A DNA stretch of 48,416 nt, the filler included, from Jimgerdemannia flammicorona (lineage: Eukaryota): the NCBI GenBank assembly GCA_003990765.1. It is 2 parts of 2 records of this genome, joined end to end, with 100 filler letters (N's around TTAATTAATTAA, not from the genome) between each part and the next. Parts side by side here need not be neighbours in the genome. Positions count along the whole stretch, not along the records: positions 1 to 24,158 come from RBNJ01001016.1; positions 24,259 to 48,416 come from RBNJ01001017.1. One strand, 5' to 3'. This document shows positions 13,435-24,917 of the stretch, piece by piece. The notes beneath the pieces were generated by a model. The model was not told the origin of the DNA. It worked only from the letters and a program-made list of their open reading frames with translations, and did not search any database. Position 1 is the first letter of the stretch. Each line of letters begins with the position of its first letter. Made by a program: the position numbers and the translations under genes.

Positions 13435-14532
13435 TTAGACACTGTCTGGGTAGTCTTCAATAATATCACCATTGATGACATCATCTCTGATGAAGTAGTC
13501 ATCTAGAAAAAGTAGTTCGCAAATTACTTCTCCTTGTTCACTGAGGTAATAATACATTGGGACTTCATTACCATCCTATAGGATAGCATCATCTGTCTCA
13601 TATACTGGATAAGGTGTTGGTGGGCAGAGGAGAGGTGCATTGTCTTCGCTTTCATCGGATTCACTGTCTGTATACCTTCTATAGATTATAGCACTATGAG
13701 TCATGGGGTTATAGTAAGCTGGCAGCTGTGGTTTATGTCACTCATACTCAGATGGTAGAGTGGTTGATTCAATCTTGAGGGTTGTCTGGAGGTATAGGTT
13801 GTGTTCTCCAGTCTCTTCATTATAGTTGAAGTAATCAGGGGTGAACATGGGTTGATATTTATGCCAGTGGTCATTGTCTCAATAGGTCTCATAGGTGATT
13901 ATGAACTGTTGTAAGTTCATTGGCAATGTTGGCAGAGTGATCAAAGTTGGCAGAGATTCTTGGCTGGAGGTCATGTTGGCATCAGAGGGATCATTGTCTT
14001 CTGCTTTATCTTCATCAAACTGGATTATATCATAGACATCCTTCATAGTGTATCTAACTTAAGGCATTTGTAGGATATGGTCGTCAGGGTGTGGAAAGGT
14101 TCTGTCTGTGGTCTGGATATACTTGAGGTACTTGTAGTTGAGTTCTTATATCATGTCATCGATTTGACCATAGGACAGAGTAGCAACCATTTCGGTGGTA
14201 GTAACTCAGAGGCAGGGAATAAAGGTGCTATACTCATAGAAGAGTTCTCAGTGTTTGCAGGCAATAAGTTTCTGGTATTGAGACATCTGAGTAATGTCTG
14301 TATTATGGTGGTGTTCGACCATGTCTTCCAGGAGGCAGCCGATCTGGTAGTAGCTTGAGATTTATCCAATTTGGTAGGCCTCGCTAAGTATGTTCAGGAC
14401 ATTCCATTGGGCTTCTACAAAGTAGAGGGGTGCTAGACTATAGATATTCATGAGAGGTAGAGGGGGTGTAGCTCAATTAATAATGGCATTCCAAATGTCA
14501 GCATGGATGCAGTTGTAGATCTCAGTAGTCAT
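13435..14532 (-). pseudogene. U3-encoded accessory ORF of element A, 365 codons (3' LTR copy)
   Basis: ATG at 14532 to TAA at 13435, 1098 nt with no net frameshift. Internal stops are TGA/TAA/TAG explainable by C>T. Same length in both LTRs. Confidence 0.8.
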
Positions 14533-14823
14533 ATTTGTGTATATTTAGAAGTTGTGGTTGTTGTTTTGTTTTAGTTCTCTGTTTGACACATCTTAGTGCT
14601 CAGTATATATGTATTTGGTCCTGATTGGTAAGATTCCATTTGTATAAATCTTGTGTTCTGTGACTTTGTATTGACTCAGCTTTGTACACTGTGACATCAG
14701 TTTAACTCAGCTTCATGACTGAGCAGGTGATTTCCAGATTTGTTCAGAGGTTGCATGTGATTTTGGTGGCTTGTTCAGAGAGTAATGTGTGATTTCGGTG
14801 GCTTGAAGATTATGTGCTTACAA

Positions 14824-14836
14824 CTCTCCCCTTCTT
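14824..14836 (-). promoter_or_regulatory. Polypurine tract of element A
   Basis: AAGAAGGGGAGAG, one base before the TGTAAG start of the 3' LTR on the minus strand. Confidence 0.9.
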
Positions 14837-14850
14837 AGCTTTCAATGTCC

Positions 14851-15188
14851 TCATTGGGGCCTTCTAATTTGTTCTAGCATTGTTATATCATTTGGAAGGT
14901 TAAAAGTCTGGTGAAGTTCATTTTTCTCAGAAAGTGGCATGCTCATAGTACAGTTGCCTAACATATTGGATTCACACATTAAAGGGTCATGTGTTCAATG
15001 CCATGTGCCAGAAGTGATTCTGACATCATTCACTGCTGGAGAATTTCCTCTAAGGAATCTTCTTAAATGTCTATGCCTCATTTCCCACCAGTGGTATGGG
15101 AAGAATAGGCTTGCTTTCAGTTTTGTTATTTTTTCAGAGGGTTGGTATTCTTTGTCTTGACTTGCTGAGTTCTTGATTTTTTACTCAT
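14851..15188 (-). pseudogene. Candidate small ORF (~112 aa) between pol and PPT in element A
   Basis: 110 codons from 15180 with a single internal TGA (likely CGA). ATG at 15188 joins the frame if the A6 run was A7. Confidence 0.4.
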
Positions 15189-15248
15189 GATAATTATAAT
15201 GTTTGAGAGGGTAATATATAGTGTGTACTAATAGGTGTCAGATAGATT

Positions 15249-15537
15249 TTAGTTGTTCAAGAAATCATATTCCTAAACTAAGTTGGTAGCATTCTGGAGA
15301 TTGGTCTTGGGTTCTCATATTGCATCATAGATCAGGTAACCTTTCCATTTAATAAGGTACTCAGGGTGGTTCTTGTTGTCACCTTTGTTGAGAATTTGTT
15401 CAACTTCATATTCTTCTTGATTATTAATTATGACAGGTGCAGGTGGTTCAGTGGTCTGGTTTGGAAATAGCTCATCATCATTTTCATTGTATCACTTGAG
15501 ATATTGGACATTAAAGACTGGGTGAACCCTTATAGTG

Positions 15538-15571
<34 letters not shown>

Positions 15572-18500
15572 GTCACTTGGACTCTTCCTTTATTACACCC
15601 ATCTATCTCATATAAGTACAGTGAACACACCCCCTCTCCAATCCCCTAGGGGGGGCCCCTCCCCTCTATCCCTTCTCAACAAAACACCACTCTATCAAAT
15701 ACAATCCCCACCCTCCCACCACTCTGTTCATACATCCTCACCACCAAACCTCGCCATTGCCCCTCTGAAGGACCCCAACCTATCCACCATCCAGTCACCA
15801 GATCCCCCAACAGCTCCTCTCACCTTAAAACCTTCTCTTGTAGACTCATCTACTACCTCTCCTCAAATACAAATAGCCAATGTCCTGCCAATCCCATCCA
15901 AACTACTAATATCCACCCAATAGTGAGCCAACTATCACCCATCCCCCCTACTAGCTGTGATCTCAAATCCTCCCAATGACCCCCCTCACCCACTGGCCTA
16001 TATCCTACACCCAGTCTATTTCCTATTTCAACCCAAAAGTCCCCCAAAACCTCACACTCTCTCAGCCAATGTTCCAGTATCTGCACCAAACCCCCAGCTT
16101 GCCCTACATTGTAACACTCCTCACAATTGAAACAGCCACCATCCACCAGATGCCCTGTGCAGAAATTCAGCATGACATTCCTCTGCAGCATTCACCACCA
16201 CACCACCCAGAACTTGGGGGGAAGCCACTGCTATACCTCAGTACTCCAAGACCAGACTCTTATAGTGTCTGGTAGCACCAATTTGTAGAAAATAGGAGAG
16301 ACTTGTGTGATGACTTTGAATGGTCCAATGAACTTGCTGTTCAGCTTTGTAGATAGTCTGTGCTTAAGGTTGTCTACTCAGTATCCTTGGATATCCAATA
16401 GAACTTTTTCTCTAATATCAAATATTTCTTCTTAGTAGTGTTGATTAATATACTGTAATTGTTGTTCTTGAGCTCACAATAAGTTCTCAATTATGATCTG
16501 ACTTAGATTACACATTCAGAGTAAGAATTCTTCAATAGCTTCAACTGTAGAGGGTTCTTCAGTAGTTCGGATAAGTGTCAAAGGGGTGTTTGGGTTTTGT
16601 CCAATGTTGGCAAAAAATGGGGTCATTCCAAGAGAGGCTTACTTGCTATTATTATAGGCAAACTTGACTGTGGTGAGATGTTCATGCCAATTATCTTGTC
16701 TGTAGAAAATATAGTTTCTTAGCATTTGTTCCAGAGTTCAGTTCATTCTTTCAGTTTGGCCATCAGTTTCAGGGTAAAAGGCTGTGGATAGTGCAAGTTT
16801 TGTTCCAAGGTATCCATGGAGGACTTTCCAAAAATGGCTAGTAAACTTTGGGTTCCAGTCACTAACAATGGTCTTAATAGTGGAAGATGTTATCGAACAA
16901 GAGTGTAGCTATGTCTAGAGCTGTTGTTGTAGTAGTAGTAGGCACAAAGTGAGCTTGTTTACTAAGATAGTCCATAAAGACAACAATTGCATCTTTTCTG
17001 TTCTTGGTTCGAGGTAGTTGTACATATAATGAAGTCCATAGAGATTTGTTTCCAATTAGCAGATAGTACTGGGATAGGGTGAAGTAAACCAGGTTTTGCA
17101 AGTGTTGAGGACTTGTTCCATTGGTAGATATCATAGGAAGTAATATAGGTCTTGAGCTGATCTGCCATGCAGAGCCAATAGAAGTTTCAGGAGATAACTT
17201 CATAGTATTTGTCAAATCCTAAATGTCCAGCTGTAGGGGCATTATAATATTCAAATAGAATGGTTCTTCAGAGGTCTCAGTTGTTTAGAACATACAGTCT
17301 GTCCTTGTAATAGATAGCATTTTCCTTGAGTTGATATTGATGGTACCAGGTATGCTTATCAGTATCATCACTATTCAGAATTTCTCAGAGTGCTTGAGCT
17401 TCCTTATCATCAGCACATGGTACAATAATTTGTTCCATGATAGTGTTGGTAACCAAGGTGAGAGTTTGGATAACTTCTTTGATTAGTGGTCTAGATATTA
17501 CATTGGCAATAATGTTTTCCTTGCCAGGGCAATACTGGATTTTATAGTCAAAGTTAGTGAGGACTTTCATCCATCTGGCTTGCTTTCAAGAAAGGGTAGC
17601 CTGTATCTTGATATTGACTAATGACTTGTAGTCAGTCAATATAGTGAAGTGTACTCCTTCTAAATATGATTGCCATTTGATCAAAGTGTCTATGATGGCT
17701 AACATTTCCTTCTCATGAGTTGCATAGTTGATTTCGGCATCATTGAACTTGTGGGAATGATAGGCCACAGGGTGTCCTTCTTGCATGAGCACTGCTCCAA
17801 GAGCTAGGTCAGAGGCATCAATAGTGACTTCATATAGCAGGGCAGGATTTGCCACTTGAAGTACTGGAGTGGTTATCAAGGCATCTTTCAGTGCTTGAAA
17901 GGCTGTATCTTGTTCAGGTCCCCAATTTGCAAGATTGTTGAAGTCTTTTTCTTGTTTCATAGTCCAGGGCTGTTCTTCTTTCTTACTGTACTTGGTCATT
18001 TGGGTAAGGGTGGTAGCAATTTTGGTAAAGTTGGTAACAAATTGTTTGTAATAATTTGCTAATCCTAGGAATGACTAGAGGTCCTTCAGCTTCTTGAGTC
18101 TGGACCAATCCTTGATTGTGGAGATTTTGCTGGGGTCTACTTTGATTCCATTGGGTGTGACAATATATTCAAGGAATTGGATTTCCTTCAGGAAAAATTC
18201 ACACTTGCTGAGTTTTGCAAAGAGTCAGTTTTCTTAGAGTTTCAATAGTATTAGCTCGAGGTATTCAAGATATTCCTCCAGGGTTTTGCTGAAGACTAGA
18301 ATGTTGTCAATGTAGATAATAACAAATTTGTCCAGGTATAGGTGCAGGATGGTGTTCATCAGTGTCTGAAAGATTGCAGAAGCATTGGTTAAGCCAAAAG
18401 GTATAACCAGGAACTCAAAGTGTCCATAGCAAGTTCAGAAGGCTGTCTTGTAGATGTTTTCTTCTTTTATAGCAATTTGCCAATAGCCATTTTGCAGATC

Positions 18501-19607
18501 AAAAGAGCTCATGAATTGTAGGTTGGTGAGTCTGTCAAATATCTCATTGATTCTGGGTAGTGGACAGCAGTTCTTGATGATCTGTTCATTGAGGTCATGG
18601 TAATCAATGCACATTCACAGGTCTTCTCCTTTCTTAACAATAAAGAGGACCAGTATACCATAGGGTGATATACTGGGTCTGATGAATTCTTGTTCTAGGA
18701 GCTCATTGATTTCTTTCTTGAGTATATCGATTTCTCTTGGCAACATGTGGTAGATTGACTTGAAGGCTGGCTTGGCATCTGGAATAGTCTTGATGATATA
18801 GTCTACTGCTCATTTAGGAGGTAGGCCTTTCAGAAGCTTCTTTGGAAATATGTCTCAGACTTTCTGAAGTAGTGGTCTGACATGGCTGTCAACTTTGGAA
18901 AAGTCTTCTTCAGAGTTCTCAGGTTCTTCTTTGGATGGGCAGATGGAGATAGTAAAGAGAGGGCATTTCTTGGCCAATTTCTTGAGTTGTAACTTGTTAA
19001 TGTGGGTGATCTTTGGTCCAGAGTCACTAGAACTAAGTGGGTCCTTTTTACCTTACAGTTTGAAGTTGTGGCATCCTTTCTTGATGGTCAGAGAATGGTT
19101 TACCCAATCAATCATAGGGTTCTCTTGTTTCAACCATAGAGTTCTAAGGATGATTTCATTGTCCGGAAGTGGTACAATCTGGAGGATAACATATACTCAA
19201 TAGTCACCAATTTGAAAGAGTAGATTGCGAACTTCCTTACTGATAACATGTGAGGTTCCATCGGCTATAGCAACTGCTTGAGTTTGTTGTACTGAAGAGG
19301 TGAAGACCTTGAGTCTGTTGGCTGTTTCTTTATTAATAAAGTTGTCTGAGGCACTACTGTCTATCATAATCTTAACAGGTGCTTGGTTGACAAAAGCTTG
19401 AAGTGTAAGCAGTTTGTCTGATCTAATAGTAGTAATTTCAGTTATAGGAGCTTTTCTTCTATTGGTTCTTCTTTGAGCCAATTCATTGATATAAGAGAAG
19501 CAATCATCAATCATTCAGGATGAGTACATTCCAATACCATGGGGGCATCAGCCACTTGGTACATATTCATCTTTGATTTTCTTATAGAATTGTTCTTCTT
19601 TGTTCAT
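15249..19607 (-). pseudogene. pol: pol of element A: protease, RT, RNase H, integrase, chromodomain
   Basis: IMIDSSASDNF (PR), YIDNIL for YIDD (RT), TIDASDLALGAVL and YATHEKEMLAI (RH), ISMDFI and [11 protein letters not shown] (IN), EEYEVEQIL...YLIKWKGY...EPKTNL (chromodomain ~15270-15420). Confidence 0.93.
15541..16258 (-). mobile_element. 5'-truncated LINE inserted in the integrase C-terminal region of element A
   Basis: Poly(T) 15541-15568. TSD cttatagtgtct (15529-15540 / 16259-16270). Close match to 12460-13146. Confidence 0.95.
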
Positions 19608-19627
19608 AATAGGTTGGACTGGGCCTT

Positions 19628-20038
19628 GTTTGATGAGCCAAATCCTTTGGATTCTTGGATGGTGGGTAGTAGTTCAGGGACTTTTTTGACTATCAGAGTT
19701 GACTCGATTTTTTCGAATAGGATCTGGGCAATGCAGAAACCTATGGGAATCTTGAAGAGTGTCCAACTATGGTTTCGGATAAGGATAATAATTTCACCTG
19801 TATAATCTTTGTCAATGACTCCTCCTTCTACTGAGAGTCCTTTTAATGCTAGACTGCTGTGACAGCATATTCTTCCAACATGTCCTTTAGGGATTTGGAT
19901 ACTGATTCCTGTATAGACTTGCTTGACTTCTTGGTTGGAAACTATAGCTTCTTCAGCTGCATATAGGTCATATCTAGCTGCTTTTTGGCTTCCTTTAGTT
20001 GGGGCTTTGGTAGTTTGTCTTAGCTTGACAAAATATAG
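19628..20038 (-). CDS. dut: dUTPase domain (trimeric type) within the element A polyprotein
   Basis: Manual translation: LYFVKLRQTTKAPTKGSQKAARYDLYAAEE...TGISIQIPKGHVGRICCHSSLALKGLSVEGGVIDKDYTGEIIILIRN...CIAQILFEKI...QESKGFGSS. All five dUTPase motifs are in order and the domain has no stop. Confidence 0.93.
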
Positions 20039-20107
20039 TGTTCTGGTAGTCAGATTATTGAGGTGGTATAGAGTAGTAACAGTTGCTCATATTACTGTTT
20101 GGGGTTT

Positions 20108-22350
20108 TTAGTTGGGGCAGGCACTGGTCATGTGTTCTATCTTTTGGCAATAGAAGTATGCTCCGCTTCTTTGAAGTTCATTTCTTTCACCTTCAGTGAG
20201 TTTCTTGAAGATACTCAGCTGGGTGGGTTTATGATTTCTGAGTGTCCAAGAGGTGGGTGTTGAGGGAGTTTGGGATGTTTCATACTTGGGTTCTTCTTTT
20301 TTAGTCCAAGTCTTTTCCTTGTTGTTGAATTGTCTTCAGGGCAGAATTGGTCCAGCTGTTAGGATTTGCTTGACCATAGTCTTGATTCTTGCTAGGCACT
20401 ATTGTTGGTGATCACAACCAACTGGGCAGCCTTGTTCATGGATTTTTCTAGTAAGCCATTCAGGCAGGGTATCAAATAAATTGTCTGCTCTTATACCATT
20501 TCATGCTTCATCATTGGTAATATATCCTAGGCCAACAGTGTTCAGGAGTGACTCGAGTTTTGTACAGAAGGTTTTGAATTCTTCTTTGCCATATATATCA
20601 AATTTGAGGTTGCAGAGTTTTACTTGAGATTCAGCAATTATGGTTTCACTATAGTATTGGGCAATCATGAGTTGTTTGAGTCCAGGGGCTGCAGGATAAG
20701 CTCTATATCCTGGGATATTATTTGCTATATTCAGGCAACTACTGCAGGTCGGGTATCCCATGTGAGGGGTTTTTCAGAAAGGATTCATCACTATTCTTCA
20801 GCAGGTCCTCAGAAGAATGTAATAACTCAGCAGACATAGGCTGTAGTAGTAGCAAAGAGTTGTTTCAGAGTATGGTTATTTATCAGCAGGCAGTCAGCAA
20901 CTTGCTCATTGGTCTATTGATTGGCTTCAAAGTTGGTATCAACTACACTAATGAAGCTTTGAACTTCTTGTGCAATACCATTGAAGGTAGATAGGCTCAG
21001 ATTTTTGGTAGGTCAGATCTGTTTGGCTAAGGCAGTAATAGTTGCTGTCATTATGGCTACTTGAGCCATGAGGTCTAGAATCTGTTAGTTTGCCATATTG
21101 TTTACTGGAAGCAGTTGGACTATTGGTAGTAGTGTTGCTGGTACTACTTGAGGTACTGGTACAAAGTGTGATAGAGTTCTCTGAGTCTGTGTAAGTTGCT
21201 AGAGTAGTAGTTGTGGGTCTGGAGTAAGAGCTTAGTAGATAACCATTTGTTGCTATGTTGGTATATTTTGTCCTGATGGAGGCACATCTCCTTCAGTGGT
21301 GTATCTGGGATTGAATTCACTGAGATACTCCTCCTCCTCTTCAGTTTGGTCCTCATGTAGTTGAGTTTGCTCAGCATCAAAATAGACAGAATCAGTTGTA
21401 TATCTGATTTTGGATGGACTTAATTCAAAGTCAAGTTCTGGTTTGGTATTGGTTTCTGGTTTAGGTAGAGCTGTAGCTGGGCCTGCTTCTGGTTCAGAGT
21501 CAGGTAGTTGATGAAGGGTTTCTCTTGCTTCTTCTTTAAAAATATAGCGAGTCTTACTGTTTTGGAATCAGTAGTATAATGCAGTCTTGGTTCTGGTATG
21601 GTGAAAGTCAGTAGAGTTGAGCCACTTGGCTACAGAGGCTTAGGCTTTGTGAGAGACTAAGGCTAGAAAGACTGCTGCTGATTGTCCTAGGTCACTCGGA
21701 TTTGTAGAGCTGACAAAACTCTTGTTGAGAAGAGTAAAGAAGGCTTCTATAAGACCTTCTTCATCTTGACTTACTGGGTGTAGAGCAAGGAGTTCAGTGA
21801 ATAGGGTTTCGCCTATTTGCTGATTTAACTAGAGTATTTCTTTCTTCAAATGAAATTTGTCCCACTTGTTGTAGGTATAGAGGTCAAATTGTCCTTGTAT
21901 ATCAGATTCAATTCTCTCCAGATTGTCAGATAGTTCAGGATAAATTCCAGTTCAGAGATTGGGCTTTATACCAACTTGTAGGAATTTGCAGAGGGGTTTA
22001 TAGTGGGGTGAGGAAGCATCTTGAAGTGGAATTGGATTGTAAACTGCTGCTACCAAGTTATTAGAGGGTTGCTTTTTAGAGTAACTATTATGTAGTTCTG
22101 GAAGGGTTTTCTGGAAGTTCTGAATATTCTGGAAGACTGTTTTCTTAAGATCAAGATCAATTTCATATAGAGTACATCCTCTACACTTATTGATTTCAAG
22201 ATCAGGTTGATGTTTCAACCAAAGTCCCTTTTTGGACTAGTTCTGGATGTTCAGGATTTTCTATATTTCAGGAAGTTCAAGAAACTTAGACCAGCTTAGT
22301 GGAATTGGCATATCACTGCAGACAATACCCAATTAGGAAATTTCATGATG
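20108..22350 (-). pseudogene. gag: gag of element A with long N-terminal extension and CCHC knuckle
   Basis: KKLTEGERNELQRSGA(Y/C)FYCQKIEHMTSACP knuckle at ~20110-20210. Capsid-like region 20450-21010. Upstream coding-like frame runs back into the LTR. Confidence 0.8.
22044..22055 (-). promoter_or_regulatory. Primer binding site of element A (probably tRNA-iMet)
   Basis: TGGTAGCAGCAG starting 3 nt after the 5' LTR end. TGGTAGC is complementary to initiator-Met tRNA 3' ends. Confidence 0.75.
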
Positions 22351-24115
22351 GAATTAGGAGTGGGATCTAATGGAGAGCAGATTTACTTAAGAGTGGTTTG
22401 TGGGTTATTAAATAGGTTTATTCACTATTCATAATATTACTATACTAGAAGTAGTTATATGAAGGGATATTATAGGGAAGTGTTCAGAAGTTGTATTCAG
22501 ATTTATTCAAGTCTGAGATTCTGAGGTCTGGGGGAGGGGGTATTTATACTAGTGAGGAGCTATCTGAACTATGCTAAATATGGATATAGCACTTAGTGCC
22601 TTACTGAGTCAGAATGCAGTCATATAGTATAAGTGTGATCTGATATGTCAAGAGATTGTCTGACTGCTGAGTCAGTTCACAGTTACGTCATATAAGACTA
22701 ATCTAACTATACTATGACTGCTAAGCTATTTATAGGTTTAGATACTATCTGGGTAGTCTTTGATGACATCACCATTGATGACATCATCTTTGATGAAGTA
22801 GTTGTCTAGAAAAAGTGGTTCACAGATTACTTCTCCTTATTCACTAAGATAATAATACATTGAGACTTCATCACCATCCTATAGGATAGCATCATCTGTC
22901 TCATATGCCAGATAAGGTATTGATGGGTAGAGGAGAGGTGCATCATCTTCACTTTCATCAGATTCACTGTCTGTATACCTTCTATAGGTTACAGCACTAT
23001 GAGTTGTGAGGTTGTAGTAAGCTGGTAGCTGTGGTTCATATCACTTGTACTCAGGTGGTGAAGTGGTTGATTCAATCTCAAGGGTTGTCTGGAGGTACAG
23101 ATTGTGTTCTCTGGTCTCTTCATTGTAGTTGAAGTAATTGGGGATAAATGTGGGTTGGTATTCGTATCAGTGGTCATTGTCCCAATAGGTCTTATAGGTG
23201 GTTATGAACTATTGTAAGTTCATTGGCAATGTTGGCAGAGTGATCAAAGTTGGCAGAGATTCTTGGCTGAAGGTCATGTCAGAATCAGAGGGATCATTGT
23301 CTTCTGCTTCATCTTCATCCAACTGGATTATATTGTAGACATCCTTCATAGTATATCCGACTTGAGGCATTTGCAGGATATGGTTGTCGGGGTGTGGGAA
23401 GGTTCTGTCTGTGGTCTGGACATACTCAAGGTACTTGTGGTTGAGTTCTTGTATCATATTGTCAATTTGACCATAGGACAGAATAGCAACCATTTCGGCA
23501 GTAGTAACTTGGAGGTAGAGAATAAAGGTACTATACTCATAGAAGAGTTCTCGGTATTTGCAGGCAATGAGTTTCTGGTTTTGAGACATCTGGATAATAT
23601 CTATGTCATAGTGATGTTTGACCATATCTTCCAGGAGACAGCTGATCTAGTAGTAGCTTGAGATTTGTCTGATTCAGTGGGCCTCGCTAAGTATGTTCAG
23701 GGTATTCCATCAGGCTTCTACAAAGTAGAGGGGTGCTAGACTATGGATATTCATAAGAGGCAGAGGGGGTGTAGCTCAATTGACAATAGTATTCCAAATG
23801 TCAGTATGGATGCAGTTGTAGATCTCAGTGGTCATATTTGTGTATGTTCAGAAGTTGTAGTTGTTGTTTTGTTTTGGTTCTCTGTTCGACACATCTCAGT
23901 GCTCAGTATATATGTTTAGTTCTGATTGGTAAGATTCTGTTTGTATAAATCTTGTATTCTGTGACTTCATATTGACTCAACTTTGTGTACTGTAACTTCA
24001 GTTTGACTCAGTTTCATGACTAAGTAGGTAATTTCCAGATTTGTTCAGAGGTCACATGTGATTTCAATAGCTTGTTCAGAGGGTGACATGTGATTTCGGT
24101 GGCTTGGAGGTTGTG
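22059..24115 (-). repeat. 5' LTR of element A (~2.06 kb)
   Basis: Colinear with the split 3' LTR. Minus-strand TATAAATA at ~22541-22548 marks the U3/R boundary region. Confidence 0.93.
22738..23835 (-). pseudogene. U3-encoded accessory ORF of element A, 365 codons (5' LTR copy)
   Basis: MTTEIYNCIH...QISSYY*I...; includes track ORF 23209..23625. Several stops fall at codons that are sense in the other LTR copy. Confidence 0.8.
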
Positions 24116-24158
24116 GTTGTTGTTTGTTTTGGTTTTCTGATTCGACGCGTCTCGGTGC

Positions 24159-24258
24159 NNNNNNNNNNNNNNNNNNNNNNNNNNNNNNNNNNNNNNNNNN
24201 NNTTAATTAATTAANNNNNNNNNNNNNNNNNNNNNNNNNNNNNNNNNNNNNNNNNNNN
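24159..24258. other. Artificial gap or contig linker
   Basis: 44 N + TTAATTAATTAA (stops in all six frames) + 44 N = 100 bp, exactly at the window centre. Confidence 0.97.
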
Positions 24259-24619
24259 TTTTTTCAAAAATAGCTTTATTATATTATAGAAAAACTAACT
24301 AGTTATAAATTAATGAAGCCCCTCCTTTTTTTTTTAATATTTTAATATTTTGTTAAAGAATAAATCTTTAAATAGTTTTAGATTACTGTAATAATATAGC
24401 TTATTTAAACTATTAGAAAAAAAGTACTTATTTATTATCTACTAATTTACCTCTATTATTATCTAGTATTAATCTTGAAATTCTTAATTATTAGTTTAAG
24501 TATGAAATATATTATAGGAAAAGAAGAGTATTTGAATATATTTATACTTTTATTTATTTATTATTATTATATTAATTATTTTTATTATTCTTTATTATTT
24601 ATTAAATCTAGAAAGATTA

Positions 24620-24917
24620 TATAACAAATTATTACTTATCTATAAGCTATTAGAAATTCTTAATAGAATTTCCAACTAGCAGTTATAGATATAAAGTATA
24701 GTATAACTATATATAGATATATCTAGCACACTATATTTACTCATAGTTTTAAATTTATATAAATATTCTCTATACTAAGTATGTTTTAATCTCAGCTTTA
24801 TTTTTTCTGAATATAAGAATAAAGTAGTATTTTTATCACAGAACTCTCAGATCCAACTTGTTAATAATTCTGAGCCTAATTAACTTAAGATATAAATATG
24901 GTACTTTTACCAGTACA
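24620..24917 (+). mobile_element. Decayed solo LTR of family C
   Basis: TATAAC (for TGTAAC)...CAGTACA. Reverse complement aligns to 32597-32667 + 39327-39495 + 40708-40811. Confidence 0.75.

Larger units (their letters stand above)
7065..14822 (-). repeat. 3' LTR of element A (7065-7483 + 13176-14822), split by a LINE
   Basis: TGTAAG...CTTACA termini. Colinear with 22059-24115. Confidence 0.93.
7065..24158 (-). mobile_element. Ty3/Gypsy chromovirus, element A (LTR-gag-dUTPase-PR-RT-RH-IN-CHD-ORF-LTR), with two LINE insertions
   Basis: Two ~2.06-kb LTRs, PBS, PPT and the full pol domain order on the minus strand. The 5' end is lost at the linker. Confidence 0.95.

Noticed and set aside
7467..16270. 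LINE target specificity for TTATAG (present in both clear TSDs)
   Set aside because: The motif is in opposite orientation relative to the two elements and absent from the third TSD. Too few cases.
13301..24010. Multiple TGACTCA/TGAGTCA (AP-1/Gcn4-like) sites in LTR A
   Set aside because: They could arise from CGACTCG-type sequence by CpG decay and cannot be called regulatory without an undecayed copy.
24203..24214. TTAATTAATTAA palindrome as a biological site
   Set aside because: It is embedded symmetrically in 44+44 N and is a six-frame-stop linker. Adjacency across it is not trusted.
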